NCBI RefSeq assembly: GCF_009914755.1
Contig: NC_060935.1
DNA from: the human T2T-CHM13v2.0 reference genome, Homo sapiens
DNA length: 64,000 bases
Strand: one strand, 5' to 3'
The notes beneath the pieces are model-generated. The model had not been told where the DNA came from. It saw only the letters and a program-made list of their open reading frames with translations, and did no database searches. Each line of letters starts with the position of its first letter. Within the stretch, counting starts at the first letter, position 1. A program made the translations under genes and the position numbers. This document shows positions 25,118-40,189 of the stretch, in pieces.

Positions 25118-25224
25118 CTCTGGCTGCTGCAGCTGCTAGTTACTTGACCCCGAGTGTCATACCCAACCACAAAGCCTCTCTGCTTGAAGTCTGAGAAACA
25201 TCTCTCAAGGTATTTGTACATCCC
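25118..25224 (-). CDS. PGM2L1: PGM2L1 exon 3 (GMYKYLERCFSDFKQRGFVVGYDTRGQVTSSCSSQR)
   Basis: cttcag acceptor, AG|GTAC donor, 107 nt; VGYDxR motif; ORF track 25090..25275. Confidence 0.96.
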
Positions 25225-26394
25225 CTGAAGCAAATAAACACAAAAGATTAGTTCTAATGGATGCTTGCATTTCATATGACTCAGAATCTCTTATTTTTAT
25301 GTTTGCTGTGCAGCTGACTGGCTGCTAGGGAAGTGGCTTCTGCCTTTATGCCCATGTTTACCAGTGTGGGAGCAATACTGTTCAATCCAGAAATGTAAGA
25401 TGACAAACATGTCCTGGAGTTTCAGACACATTTAATACCATGGAAATACCGATTTAGTAACCACTACTAAACCACTAAATCCAATACAATAAGTAAAACA
25501 TTAGGAAAAGCAGAAGAAACATGAGCGTCAATAAGCTAAAAAAAAAAAAAGATTAGAAGAGCCAACATAAAATTGTTTCTTGTCTGAAGGCTCTAGAAAA
25601 CAGAATTTTAATTGTCTTAAGTCCTTGCTAGATCATATGATTGAAGTTAACCAAAAGATTTGACCTATTTATGATGTAAACATTTTTAATCAGCAACACA
25701 GTTCTTCACTAGAACATTTCTTATGATGGATGATCCCATTTGTAATTCTTTGGTTTTAAAATCTCACAGAAAAATAACACCATAGACTAGGAAAATTTGC
25801 AGTCATGGATGACAAAATAATGAAAAAGTATTTCATATTGAAAACATCACAATGACAAACTAAAACCATTTAACTATCTCATGAATTATTTAACTTTAAT
25901 AAATACTTTAATATCTAAAAATAACATTTTAACATTTTATATTATTACAGTCCTTTAAAATTAGTTCTACATAAAAGATGGGACATGTAATCCTAACACC
26001 CTGAAAAGAAAGAAACGCAGACACCATTTCTAATTTGGTCTCTTTCAATATTTCTTTTAAGAATAGGAGACAATAAGATTAAAGCTCCATGTAATGTCAT
26101 GCCTAAGGCCATTCATTCAACTAAAACTAAGTTATACTGATTTATTGAAGACCTATTATATGGCAGGCACTGCTAAATAAGTATGTGGTAGCACCAAACA
26201 AAGTCCCAGTGACTTCTGGTGCCTGAGTCTCTCAAGTACAATTAATTTCCCCAACCTATAAGCTATGAGTGAGTGCATGCTTAGTATATCAGCTGGATTC
26301 AACAACTTATTTCTCATGGTGATACTATCCTAAAACCTCATAGACCCTCATATTAATCTCTGCTATCAGAATGCATCTTATTTCTCTATATGCA

Positions 26395-26475
26395 TTAGGT
26401 TGGTGGAAAAGTAATTGTAGTTTTTGCCATTAAAAAAAAATGACCAAAACCTCAATTACTTTTGCACCAACCTAA
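26395..26475. mobile_element. MADE1 MITE (mariner-derived, miR-548-like hairpin) in intron 2
   Basis: ttaggttggtggaaaagtaattg...caattacttttgcaccaacctaa terminal inverted repeats, about 80 bp. Confidence 0.9.
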
Positions 26476-27490
26476 TAGAGTGAAAAGGGCTAGGGCTTAA
26501 GAATCAGATTCCATCCAGCTTTTCCACTTCACACCATGGAATCCCAAATCCAGTGAAAATGTGCACTTCTGTAGAAATTGATTTTCAAACACCTCCCCCA
26601 CCCCTTTTTGTAAAGTCAAGAAATCTTTACTTCGAATCAAAGCATATGAAGAGACTAAATGTATAAGAAAAGAATGAACTAAAGCATCTCTGGTTGAGGA
26701 ATAGGGGGAGGTGTGGGTGAGGAAGGAGGGCAGGTATTCTACCTATGTAACCATCCTGTCATTCCTTCTCTCCTACCCCTGCATTAGGCCTTGGCTTTAG
26801 AGAATTCTCTCAGAATAAGGTTAAAGATGATTTACTGTTTGGGAGTATCAATTAGAATTATGTCTACTGAACAATTCTCTAGCCCAGAACTATTTTTAGT
26901 ATAAGCTAAATACATTATTGGCCTCAAAAGTATAGTTATTTGAAACAGGATGATTCACTGCAAAGAGAAGCAATTTGTTTCTAGAGTGAGCTGCATAACA
27001 ATGGAGAGAAGTAACACAAATTATATCATATTACACAACTAATATTAACTCTCATGTGGATATAGAAAACCACATAAAGGATATGTGATAAAGGAAAATA
27101 TTTTCAACTAAATTTTCCAAATACTCTGGTTAACCTTTATAAATGGCCATATGCCAAAATGAGTAATTATTTTCTTCTATCTAAGTTTGTTTCTTTGTAT
27201 TAATTGGATATGCTAATATACATTTCTTGGTTTCAAATGCAAAGCAACATTGTTAAGAAGTTGACAATGGCAACCAAAATAACGCTTAATCAGAAAGTCA
27301 GTCTGTGACCATGAAGATACATAAATGACTTCTAAAATCTTGAGCAAGACTAAAGGTCAGAATTGAGTCTACAGTTTTTACTTACATAACAGTAACTTCT
27401 GGGAAATAAAGTTTTGTGTGTGTGTGCGTTTAGAATGGCACTACCTAATTTATAAAGCCAAAAAAAAAAAAAAAAAAAAAAACAGACTGA

Positions 27491-27786
<296 letters not shown>

Positions 27787-27823
27787 AGTCAAAAGTACAC
27801 TCTTAATACTTTATAATACTTAC

Positions 27824-27991
27824 CTGTGTTGACTGTATTACTGTAAGGTCATTAATATAGCAAAACCCTGCCCCCATGGCAGAACGAAGTCCTGCAGTCC
27901 CAAAAGTCATTCGGCAACAAAGACGATCTCGCAGCTCCTTGTTCATCCCATTCCGTAACAGGTTTTCAATCTGCTCTTTTGTTTTGGGATT
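27824..27991 (-). CDS. PGM2L1: PGM2L1 exon 2 (NPKTKEQIENLLRNGMNKELRDRLCCRMTFGTAGLRSAMGAGFCYINDLTVIQSTQ)
   Basis: ttttatag acceptor, CAG|GTAAGT donor, 168 nt phase 0/0; contains the FGTAGLR phosphohexomutase motif. Confidence 0.96.
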
Positions 27992-29854
27992 CTATAAAAA
28001 AGAAGTATTAAAACTTAACCAGGAATCCAAGCAGAGTCCTAATATTAAGCCCTTCTGAGGGGTCAATATGTACATATCACAAGGTTCAACATTCAATATA
28101 AATTCCACAGTGCTACTTCTTTGTATGTATAATAAAATAATACCTGCCATTCACTGAGTCCCCAAAGGAGAAAGGGCCTGTTGAGGGTGATTTATATATC
28201 TTTTAATTTTATAGTATTTGTATAGCATATCAAAGAATGTTCTTTTAAAATAATTGATATTTAAGAGCTTTGAATCCAAAATAAACCTCTTAGTAAAAAA
28301 CGACATCAATTAAGTTAGAGTCTATGTTAGGTTTCAATCATAGTTCACTGTAACCTCAAACTCCTGGGCTCAAGTGATCTAGCCTCAGCCTCTTGAGTAG
28401 CTGGGACTACAGGTATGTGCCACTACACCTGGCTAATACATTAAGTTTTAAGAGAAATAGAGACACTACTGGATAAATACCATCAAAACATGCCTACCAG
28501 TTACCTGCCTAGACCTCTGCAATTCAAAATGAATTCTACTCCTTAAAAATCACAGAAAACGATTCAATTTATCTATGGCACAAGTTGACCATAAAAACGT
28601 TTTATGTGTTAAGTGTGAATTTAATTAAGAATGAGAATACAAATTCATTCCAAACACGGTTTGTGAGGCAGGGCATGCCAACATCTATATTTGGGATTCT
28701 GTATTTCATTGTCGTGTACTTTAACTTATTTTCATAAATCTCAAGAATACCTGTCACTGAAAATGGTGCTTCACAAAAGAATATCAAATTTCAAATAGAA
28801 ATGCATTTATAATAACAGTAAGACTTACATGGAATTTTCCAATATTTTCTTTTTGGAAAAGTCAAATATTAAGGAAATAAGATGAAACATAACTTCTCTC
28901 TTCAAGATTAATATGAATTCAGTCCATTCTATTTGCTTCTTCAACATCCATAGTATATACAATGATAATGAATATTCAGAATAATAAACCAGTGCACATA
29001 AAAGGCGCTAAATATTACAGTATATTTGTCCTTAGAAATACATAAAAACATATTAATATACAATTTAAACAAAATGGTTTTCTGGTTATAGTAGAAATTA
29101 AAGTAACCAGAGTACATGGCCAAACTAATGAGAAGTTGAATGAGATTAACTGAAATTTTAATCTGCTTAAAACTAATGGATGATATATAAAATCCAGACT
29201 CAAGCAGTTTCTGTTTCATAAATGGCACACACTAACAAATAACCTACATAAAAATATGAATAGCTATTATGGAAAAATATGAATAACAATATCTGGGATA
29301 TTATCATGTCTAAGATACCATGATATTTCATAGAGAGGCCAAAGAGAGTTGAAGAGGGCTAACATTTAAAGATGGGCATAAGAATGGCAAAAATTGAATA
29401 GACTCTTCACGTTTAGAGGGTACATAGCACTGTAATACCCTGCTAGTAGGAATGTAAACTGGGATAGTCTTTTTACAGTGCTTTTACAGCAAGTATCAAA
29501 TTTTAAATTGCACATGCCTTTTGGCCCATAGATTTCTGTCCACAAAAATACCTTCACATGAACAATAACATTTATTCATATAAGAATGTTCACTGCAGCA
29601 TCTGTATGGATAGTATTATTATTAATATTACTATTGTGTAGACGAAGAAACTAAGATTTAGAGAGGGAGCCTAGTATCACTGAGGTGGCATTGGAAATTT
29701 AGACAGGATGGGAACCTAGGCTGGGCTGGCTCTAAAGCCTACACCATCTCACTACAGACAAACAAAATAATTGTGTTGGGGTGTTAATAATGCTTCTGAT
29801 AACAATTTAACTCCAGTTACAAAGCAAAACGATATTCCTTTTTATAACAAGTAT

Positions 29855-30042
29855 AGTGTGTGTGTATATATATATAGTATGTATATATAGTATAATGTGT
29901 ATATAGTATATATGTGTGTATATATACAGTATGTATATATGTATATATGTAGTATGTATATATATCTAATGAGTATATATGTGTATATACACATTATGCA
30001 TATATGTATGTATATATACGTATGTATACACACACACATATA
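29855..30042. repeat. (TA/TG/CA)n compound simple repeat
   Basis: Alternating purine-pyrimidine low-complexity tract. Confidence 0.9.
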
Positions 30043-30523
30043 TAAATGATCCAGCAGACATAAATGCTGTTGGTTACTGAGTATACTTCCTAATGTTTAA
30101 CTGCACAGCTACTAGAGTAGGGCCTAAAAATTCCATTCCCAGTTACAGACTTCACAACCAGTACTAACCTAATTCCTGGTTGTTGAAAAACTGGTAAGTT
30201 AGAGAAAAATAAAAATGAATAAAAAATCATGATATACTAGACATAATAAATACATTTGTATGGCAAAAAAAGCTAAATAATTATGACAACTGGCATTTGA
30301 AATCTACTTTACACTCAGATTTCTCCCCTATTTAACAGTGAGACATTAATTTAGATGTTGATGTTATAAACTTTTAAAAATATAACCTAAAAAACTATCT
30401 ATGCAGCCATAATTATCACATATTCTCCATTCAGATGAACTTACATTTGTATTTTTTTGCTAAAGTCAATATATCACTACGATTTTATAAACTATAATAT
30501 ATGAAGATTCTAAAGAATTATAA

Positions 30524-30840
<317 letters not shown>

Positions 30841-31325
30841 AACTAATTATTTTTAAATGAAATTTTTATGTAGAACTCAGGTATAGTAAATGAAAAGGAG
30901 AGCAGAAGAGTATATACAGTGTTTTCATTTCTATAAAAAGAGGTATGTGTATATTTATATATCATCTAGAAGTATTCCATGCAAATATAAGAGACTAAAA
31001 ATAGTGATTACCTCTGAAGGGGATATTAGGCATGGGGTTTCAAGTAGAAAAGTGACTTATTTTTATTGGATAGCCATGATGCTGTTTGGATATTTTATGT
31101 ATATATTACTTTTTTATGGTTAAAAACTAGTTAGGTATTCATGATGGCTGAGAAAAACCACTACTTGTGTGTCTATGTGAATAATTTTTTACCTCACAAA
31201 TTGCTCTCCTTTTCCCATTCACAGAAAGCTACTGATAAGATCTGAATCTATAAAACATATATTGGCTTTCTCTCAAATGCAAATTATTGTTTGCTTTCTG
31301 AATGTGCTCTCTTATTTACAATTCA

Positions 31326-31740
<415 letters not shown>

Positions 31741-32442
31741 TATACACACTGACCTATTATATAAAATGAAAATTAATTATTTAGAAAGTAAATGCATTCA
31801 ATCTGAAATAAATTTGCTTTTAACTAGCATATCTTAGAATCCTAACAATTTTAGTACTCCAAAAAAGTAATCCTGCAGAAAATCCAAAAGATCTTAGTGA
31901 CTACTAGCATTTCTCTGTACTTCATCAGTAATAAAGCTAATTGTTTAGTATGAAATCAGTAAGGTGCAGAATACAGAAAAAAGCCATACATTATTTTCAA
32001 ATTTTACCTGTATACCAAAAATTTTCCTTTAGGTTCTAATCCTATGGTTTGCTTCAACTTTACATGGCTGAAATGAAGAAAAGAAAGTGTCTTCTTACAT
32101 AGTACTTGTGGAGTTTTCTTTTTTCTATATTGTAGAACCATAAGGCCCAAATTCAAAGAAAACATGAAAGAATTGATTTTTCCAAAACCACTTAAAAAAA
32201 TTAACTTCTTACAAACTTTCACAGATGTGCAGAAGGTTACACACCAGACCAAAATTCACATCAACTCTGCCTGCTGACCAATGAAAGTATTAACATTCAC
32301 TTATGAAGGATCATTTTGAACTTGCCCAAGTTTTCTGAACCTATTCTGTTCATAACTAGGGACTTCTATATTATTTATGTATAATAAATATAAATGTCTA
32401 TAAAAGAGTGTAAAAAAAGTAATCAAGTTTGCCAATGAGAAG

Positions 32443-32828
32443 TGCGTTAGTTTGTCTGCATTGGTATAAAGGAATACTTGAGGCTGGGTAATTTATAAAG
32501 AAATAAGTTTTATTTGGCTCATGGTTCTGCAGGCTGTACAAGCACAGCACCAGCATCTGCTCCACTTCTGGTGAGGCCCAGGAAGCTTTTAGTCATCGCA
32601 GAAGGGAAGGATAGCCAGCCTATCACATGGTGAAGGAGGGAACAAAAGAGAGCTGCCAGGCTCTTCAACAATCAGCCCTCATGTGAACTAACAGAGTGAC
32701 AACTCCTTATTATCACCAGCAGAGAACCAAGCTATTCATGAGGGAACCACCTCCATGACCCAAACGCCTCCCACCAGGACCCACCTCCAATATTGGAGGT
32801 CACATTTCAACATGAGATTTACAGGGGA
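32443..32828. mobile_element. MaLR solo LTR (MST-type)
   Basis: gggtaatttataaagaaa...ggctcatggttctgcaggctgtaca...tttcaacatgagattt...aaaccatat motifs typical of MST/THE1 LTRs. Confidence 0.8.
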
Positions 32829-33050
32829 CAAAACAGCCAAACCATATTAAAGAGTTTGCCTGTAAATCTTTTTTCCTACTTATCTTATAAACCTACTATT
32901 TTAATAATTCTAACACAATTTGAATCTACTCTATTAGTATTCTAGTACAAAACCTAACAGCTTAAATACACTCAAAAACATGAATCGTATTGTTTAGAAG
33001 ATTGGAACAGATCTAAAAGAACATAATATATATTAAAAATCCCAAATTCA

Positions 33051-33342
33051 GGCTGGGCGTGGTGGCTTATGCTTGTAATCCCAGCACTTTGGGAGGCTGA
33101 GGTGGATGGCTCACCTGAGGTCAGGAGTTTGAGACCAGCCTGGACAACATGGTAAAACCCCGCCTCTACTAAAAATACAAAAAATTAGCCAGGTATGGTG
33201 GTGGGCACCTGTAATCCCAGCTATTTGGGAGGCTGAAGCAGGAAAATTGCTTGAATGTGGGAGGCGGAGGTTAGAGTGAGCCGAGATCATGCCATTTGCA
33301 CTCCAGCCTGGACAACAAGAGTGAAATTCTGTCTAAAAAAAA
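33051..33342 (+). mobile_element. AluS
   Basis: Dimeric Alu; TSD aaaaatcccaaattc. Confidence 0.9.
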
Positions 33343-35889
33343 ATCCCAAATTCTAATATTGTTACACATCTAAAGGGGAGCCAATATACAAAATTGACTC
33401 TTAAGAACTCAAATACTTCTAAAGTTGCAAAATTGTACATAACATTTTTAAATGTTACTGACAGAGACTTGTGTCTAAATAATAAATACCAGTTTTATAT
33501 AACTACAGAGAAAAACATTTTTATTTTGTTTATCTATTTATTATTTTGCCCCTCATCTTGAATGAAAGACAAACAAATTTTAAAGTTTATTTCTAACCAG
33601 AAGTTAAAACAGGAAAGTGCAATCTGAAAATCTGAAAGGTAAACACAGCTGACATTTACTTCTGAGGGTAAGCCGATTTGAAGATCCAAGTCTAGAGTCT
33701 TGGAGCAGAACAGCTTTTCTAAATCAGATGTTTCTTTATTAAGTCCAAAATATATTCATGCTAAACCAATCATTCTTATTTAAATAATTTTTGTGTAATT
33801 CTAAATTTAATTTCCTTATCTTTAAAAAATTGGTAGAAATTAACATAAATTTGGCTTAGATAAAAAACTTGAATATAAAATATACTCATCATATAAAATG
33901 AGATTTATTTGAATAATTGCTTAATAAACACAAAAATCATATCCATGAAATGAAGTACTAATTACCCCCAAAGTAGAAAATAATCCTTGAAATATTATCA
34001 TTTAAGAATATTAGATATACCAAATTAGTGTGAAAAATTTAAAAAAGTTAATTATTTTGTTTCAAAAAAACCTATCTTTTTTTAAAAAAACTATAATTTT
34101 AACAAAGCACATACATTGAGCTCAATTTTACTGTTCAATGACATAGTCTAACTTGTCTCTGTTAAGTTTTAAGTAAAAAATATTTCTCATATAAGGTAGT
34201 CAACATAAAATATTTCAAATGTTTATTGTCTTTCTACAACTATTCTGACACATCATACTTTTCTTGACCAACAAAGAATCCAATTATTGGCTAATGTGCT
34301 CAGTAGACCACTGCAGGAGAGAAAGATCACTGAACTATAATTCTAGAAGGTTTGGCCCTGATCTTGAGTCAGCAATTGCTTAGCTAGATCATCCTGAACA
34401 AGTCACTTCACCTTTCCTTAGACTTTAGATTCCAAGCAGATGTGATGATTTTTGAGATTAACTTTTCAAACTCTACAGGTTTTGTCAGTAAGTGATCATG
34501 TGAGGCACTAAGTATACTAAGTTCAAGGGTTCCAGTAGCATCTATTACTAGCTTTATGACCTTGAACAGGTAATTTCACTCCAGTATCCTCACCTGTAAA
34601 AAACAGGAATCATGTTCTACTCTTCTTCCTGGGCACCATGCCAGCCTCCCTTGGAGCTAAATGAGACCATGTGACAGAGTTGTGGTCACTGGATATGAAA
34701 GAGATGTGCACCACTTCCATGCCTAGCCCCAGACCTACTCCCCCACCACTCCTCTTTCCCCACTTACCCATTAAACAGAGAGGACTCTAAGGACCTAGAG
34801 GAGTATGTAGCAACAAGATGGAATCAATGATTTCACGGAGCAAAATCCCCCTCTTTTACCTCCTACCTCATGGACCAGCCCTGGGCTGTAACGTGAGCAA
34901 GAAATAAATTTTCACTGTGTAAGCCACTGAAACTTTGGCGTATTTGTAGGGTTTTTTGTTTGTTTGTGTTTTTGTCTTTTTTTTTTTTTTTTTTTTTGAG
35001 ACAGAGTCTCGTTCTGTTGCTCAGGCTGGAGTACAGTGGGGATATATCAGCTCACTGCAGCCCGGACCTCCTGGGCTCAAGTGATCCTCCTGCCTTGGCC
35101 TCCCCAAAGTGCTAGAATTACAGGTGTGAAGCCACTGCACCCAGTGTAAGTAATATTTGAACTGAAAAGTGAAAGATCAGTAGGAGTTGGATTGTGGAGC
35201 AAGGAGGGTGAGGAACAAGTTGGGAGTAGAGAGATAATGAGTTCAGTATTAGACTTACTGAATTTGAAATAATATCTATACCCAGCACGCTAACCATTGC
35301 TTCCCCCCCACCCCCACCAATGGTAACCTAGGAAATGAAAATTAAAACAAGATACCATTTTTCACCTAAAAATTTATTAAGAATTTTTAAAATGAGTAAG
35401 CCCAGTGCTGGGGAATGAAAATTAACTCTAGTAACCAAGGAAATGAAAATCAAAACAAGATACCATTTTTTCACCCAAAACTTGATTAAGAGTTTTTAAA
35501 ATGAATAAGCCTAGTGCTGGAGAATGAGAGTGTATTTATTGTTATGGCTTAGTAAAAAACCACTCTAAACTTAATGGTTTCAATCAATAATCATTAATTA
35601 TCTTTCACAGTTTCTATGGGTTAAGAATTCAGAAAGGGCACAGCCAGGATGGCTTGTCTGTGTCCTGCTGTAGGCTTGTCTATCTGGCAGTGATGCTGAC
35701 TGTAGGCTGGGGCCTAGTGGAGGCCATCAAATGGAACACCTACAGAGGCCACTCCTTGTGGCCTCGGTTTCCTTGCAATGTTGGGTTCCAAAGGCAAGTG
35801 TCCCATGAGCAAGCAAGCCAAGTGGAAGTCATATTACCTTTTATGGCCTAGCCCTGAAAGGCAGGTTAGCTTCCACTGCACTGTATTTA

Positions 35890-36196
<307 letters not shown>

Positions 36197-36848
36197 CTTT
36201 GTACTATATTTCTTTAGACAGTTACAAAAGTCCACCCAGGTTCCAGCAGAGGGAACACAGATCCCACCTTTCAATTGAGGAGTACCAAAGTCACACAATA
36301 AGAAGAGCATGTGGAATGGGACATATAGGTGCAGCCGTCTTTAAAAATACAATCTGCTACAGAGGGACTATAAATCAATACAACATCTCAGATGACAATT
36401 TGCCAATGTTTTAAGTAGCTTAAATATTAAATAGTCTTTGTTTTAGCAATTCTACTTCTAGAAATTTATCCCAAGGAAATAATCACGGATTCACGTTATG
36501 ATTTAGTCATAAGGATATTCACTAAAGTAATGTTAATAATAAAAAAGTAAGCAAGCCACATGTTAATAGAAAACTGGTTAAATAAAAAGGCTGATGTAAT
36601 AATACATTAAAATAATGTATTAAAAAATCACAATAGAATTTTAATATGCAAAAACACTTAGATATATTAAGGGAGTAAGTATATAAACCATACATGCAGT
36701 ACAATTCCAAATTTGTAAAATACACATAAATGCACAGAAAAATAAAACTAAAAAAAAATGTGATTGTTCCTTATATCTTTATAGGGAAGGATTACTTATG
36801 TAATCAAGGAGAAAAGTTTACAGAATACAAATTAACCCCAAACTCTTA

Positions 36849-37221
36849 TTTATTTAAAATTTTACTTTATTTTATATTCCAGATACATGTGCCAGTTACA
36901 TAGGTAAATGTGTGCCATGGTGGTCTGCTGCACCTATCAACCCATCACCTAGGTATTAAGTCCCACATGCATTAGCTATTTATCCTGATGCTCTCCCTCC
37001 CCACGCCTCCCAGACAGGCCCCAGTGTGTGTTGTTCCCCTCCCGGTGTCCATGTGTTCTCATTGTTCAGCTCCCACTTGTAAGTGAGAACATGCGGTGTT
37101 CGGTTTTCTGTTCCTGTGTTAGTTTGCTGAGGATAATGGCTTCCAGCTCCATCCATGTCCTTACAAAGAACATGATCTCAATCCTTTTTATGTATACATA
37201 GTATTCTATGGAGATATATAA

Positions 37222-37257
<36 letters not shown>

Positions 37258-37385
37258 CATTTTCTTTATCCAGTCTATCACCGATGGGTATTTGGGTTGA
37301 TTCCATGTCTTTGTTATTGTGAATAGTGCTGCAATGAACATACGTGTGCATATATCTTTATAATAGAATGATTTATATTCCTTTG
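36849..37385 (-). mobile_element. 5'-truncated L1PA 3' end (older L1PA) with internal (TA)n
   Basis: L1 3' UTR and ORF2 C-terminus on minus strand; perfect TSD taaccccaaactctta at 36833-36848 and 37386-37401. Confidence 0.88.
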
Positions 37386-39831
37386 TAACCCCAAACTCTT
37401 AACCTGTGGATTAATGTCATTCATCAGTTTAGGAAATTTCATAGTAACTATCTCTTTCCTCTCCTTAAGAGATTCCAATGAATAGCATGTTAGACCTTTT
37501 CCTGTATCATCTTATGTCTCGTAGCCTCTCTTTTACTCCCCCACTCCCCCCGCATCCTTTTGTCATTCCATGCTTTGTTCTGACTATTTTTCACTGACCT
37601 ATCTTGTAGTTTGTTAATTCTCTCTCTGATTCCTCTCTAAAGTGTTGTTAAATTTGTTCATTGAATTCTTAATTTTGGTTATTGTATTTCTTCAGCTTCA
37701 GAATTTCTATTTTTAAAAATTTACTTTTTGTATTATTTTCATTTCTCCACCAATTTTTTTAACTTATGAGATTACTCTTACTTCTGCTCTCTGCTCAATT
37801 TTAATCTTTTTTAATCTTCTTGATCTTGACAATCTTAGTTATTTTAAAGTCTACATTTGATAAATATAGGAGCCCTTGCCGGTCAGTTTGCATTATCTGT
37901 TGTTTCTGCAGGTTCTTGTTTATGTTGACTTGCTTCCTTATATGTTTGGTTATCTTTGACTCTGTACTATTATATTTATATTATTTTTGTAATATTAGGT
38001 ATTATATTTAAAATATTATTAGTAGGAATAATTTGGAAACTAAGATGAAGCTACCTCCCTCCAGGAAACTTGTTGTTGTTGTTGTTTGTTTGTTTGTTGT
38101 TTTGCTTTTCTTAGGCATCTGAAAGCACTAGCAATCTAGGTTCACTTTAATCCAATTTCCAAGCCATCCAAATGACTCAAAACTGGAATATAGTCTGTAT
38201 GCGGAGTGTTTACTTTGAGTTCACCAGTATTCACAGGGCAGCCCTTTGGACTTCTAACCTAAAGTAAGAGTGTTTTCAGGGTCTCCACCCGCAATAGGGC
38301 CTAGATTCCAACTTTTGTCCCGCTATACTAGCAAGGCTAACAAAAAGACTGACAATCTTCTTAGCTGCCTATCCTGATCAATAAATGTGCCCTGGGCAAA
38401 AGTGGCCCCCTAAATACTAAACTCAGCTCTCTGAATTTCTGTCTTCTTCTAGATCATGGCCTGGAATTTCCTTCTTCTTCCAAATCTTAAACTGGAAACT
38501 CTTGACTAACATTAAATAACACCTTCAAACAGATTTTTAAATCTATATTTTGTCTGTTTTTTCCAGTTGTTGGAGGAAGATTGTCCAAATTACCTCATCT
38601 GTCATTTCTAGAAGCAGAAATCTTTCTATCCTACAACACTGCACTATATAGTATGGCTTTACTACACTTAACTTACATGTACTCCACTATATGTATTTAG
38701 CCCTGCCTCCTAAATATTAAAATTGTATTTTGTGTATGTGCTCTATTATATATGGCACATTACTACATATGTTACATATTCTCATATATTACTGTGTAAG
38801 GATAGATATTTGAAATCATGTATCTTGTAGTTCTTGGACAATTTAAGGGTTTACAAGGGTGATTTTAAAATTTTATACCATTATCATTATTTATTGACTT
38901 TGGAATCTAACTCCTAAGTAAGACAAGACTCCATTATACCAGAAATGTTCTCATACGGAAGTTGCCTATTTGGGATACTACAGAACATGTTTTTATTCTG
39001 AGTAGGAGCTTAAATAAGATAATATCTATATTTCTGTCAACTGAGATTCCATAGTTTTATGCTTAATTTAACGTATACTCAGACAAAAGATTCATGGCTT
39101 GATGTTTAATGCATATTTTGAAATGGCGAAAATACTACCAACAGGAGAACCCTGCCCATCAGCATAAAAACCACCAAGAAAGGAAACAATAATATGCTTT
39201 TTCTTTTTCAATAAAGCCCAAATTCCATATTCTTCTGAAATTAGGCTACAATTATGGTCTGACAGCATTTCCCAGAAGTTAAATATCTCTGTATCATGTA
39301 TATGTCATCTTTACATGTTATAGAAATAATCTAAGGGAAAAAATTATATGCAAAATGATGCTCTCAGCATTATTCAAAATAGTTTTTAAAAATCAGAATA
39401 CTTTAAGACATCCAGCAAAAAGGAAATGGTTAAATATGATATATTTACCAAGTGAAATACTATGCTGTCAATAAAATTATAATTATGTTCTACATGATAA
39501 AAATTACATATATAAATTCAAAAGACAAACTGAGAAAAAAACATTTGTAATACGTGATACATCAAAGACTTATTTCTTTGGCATTAAAACAGGAGAAAAG
39601 ATTAATAACTCAATAGAAAAGCTAGCAAAAGATATGAATAGTTCATAGAAAAGGAAATACAGCTATCTTTTAAGTATATGAAAATATACAACCTCACTTA
39701 TAAGAAAAATGGAAATTAAAGCTAAAATAAAATATAGTTTTTATTTTTCACAATGGCAAAGAAAAATATTTGATACTGCATGGTAGAGTCAAGAATTTGA
39801 GAAAGCAGGCACTTTTATATATTATTGGTAG

Positions 39832-40189
<358 letters not shown>

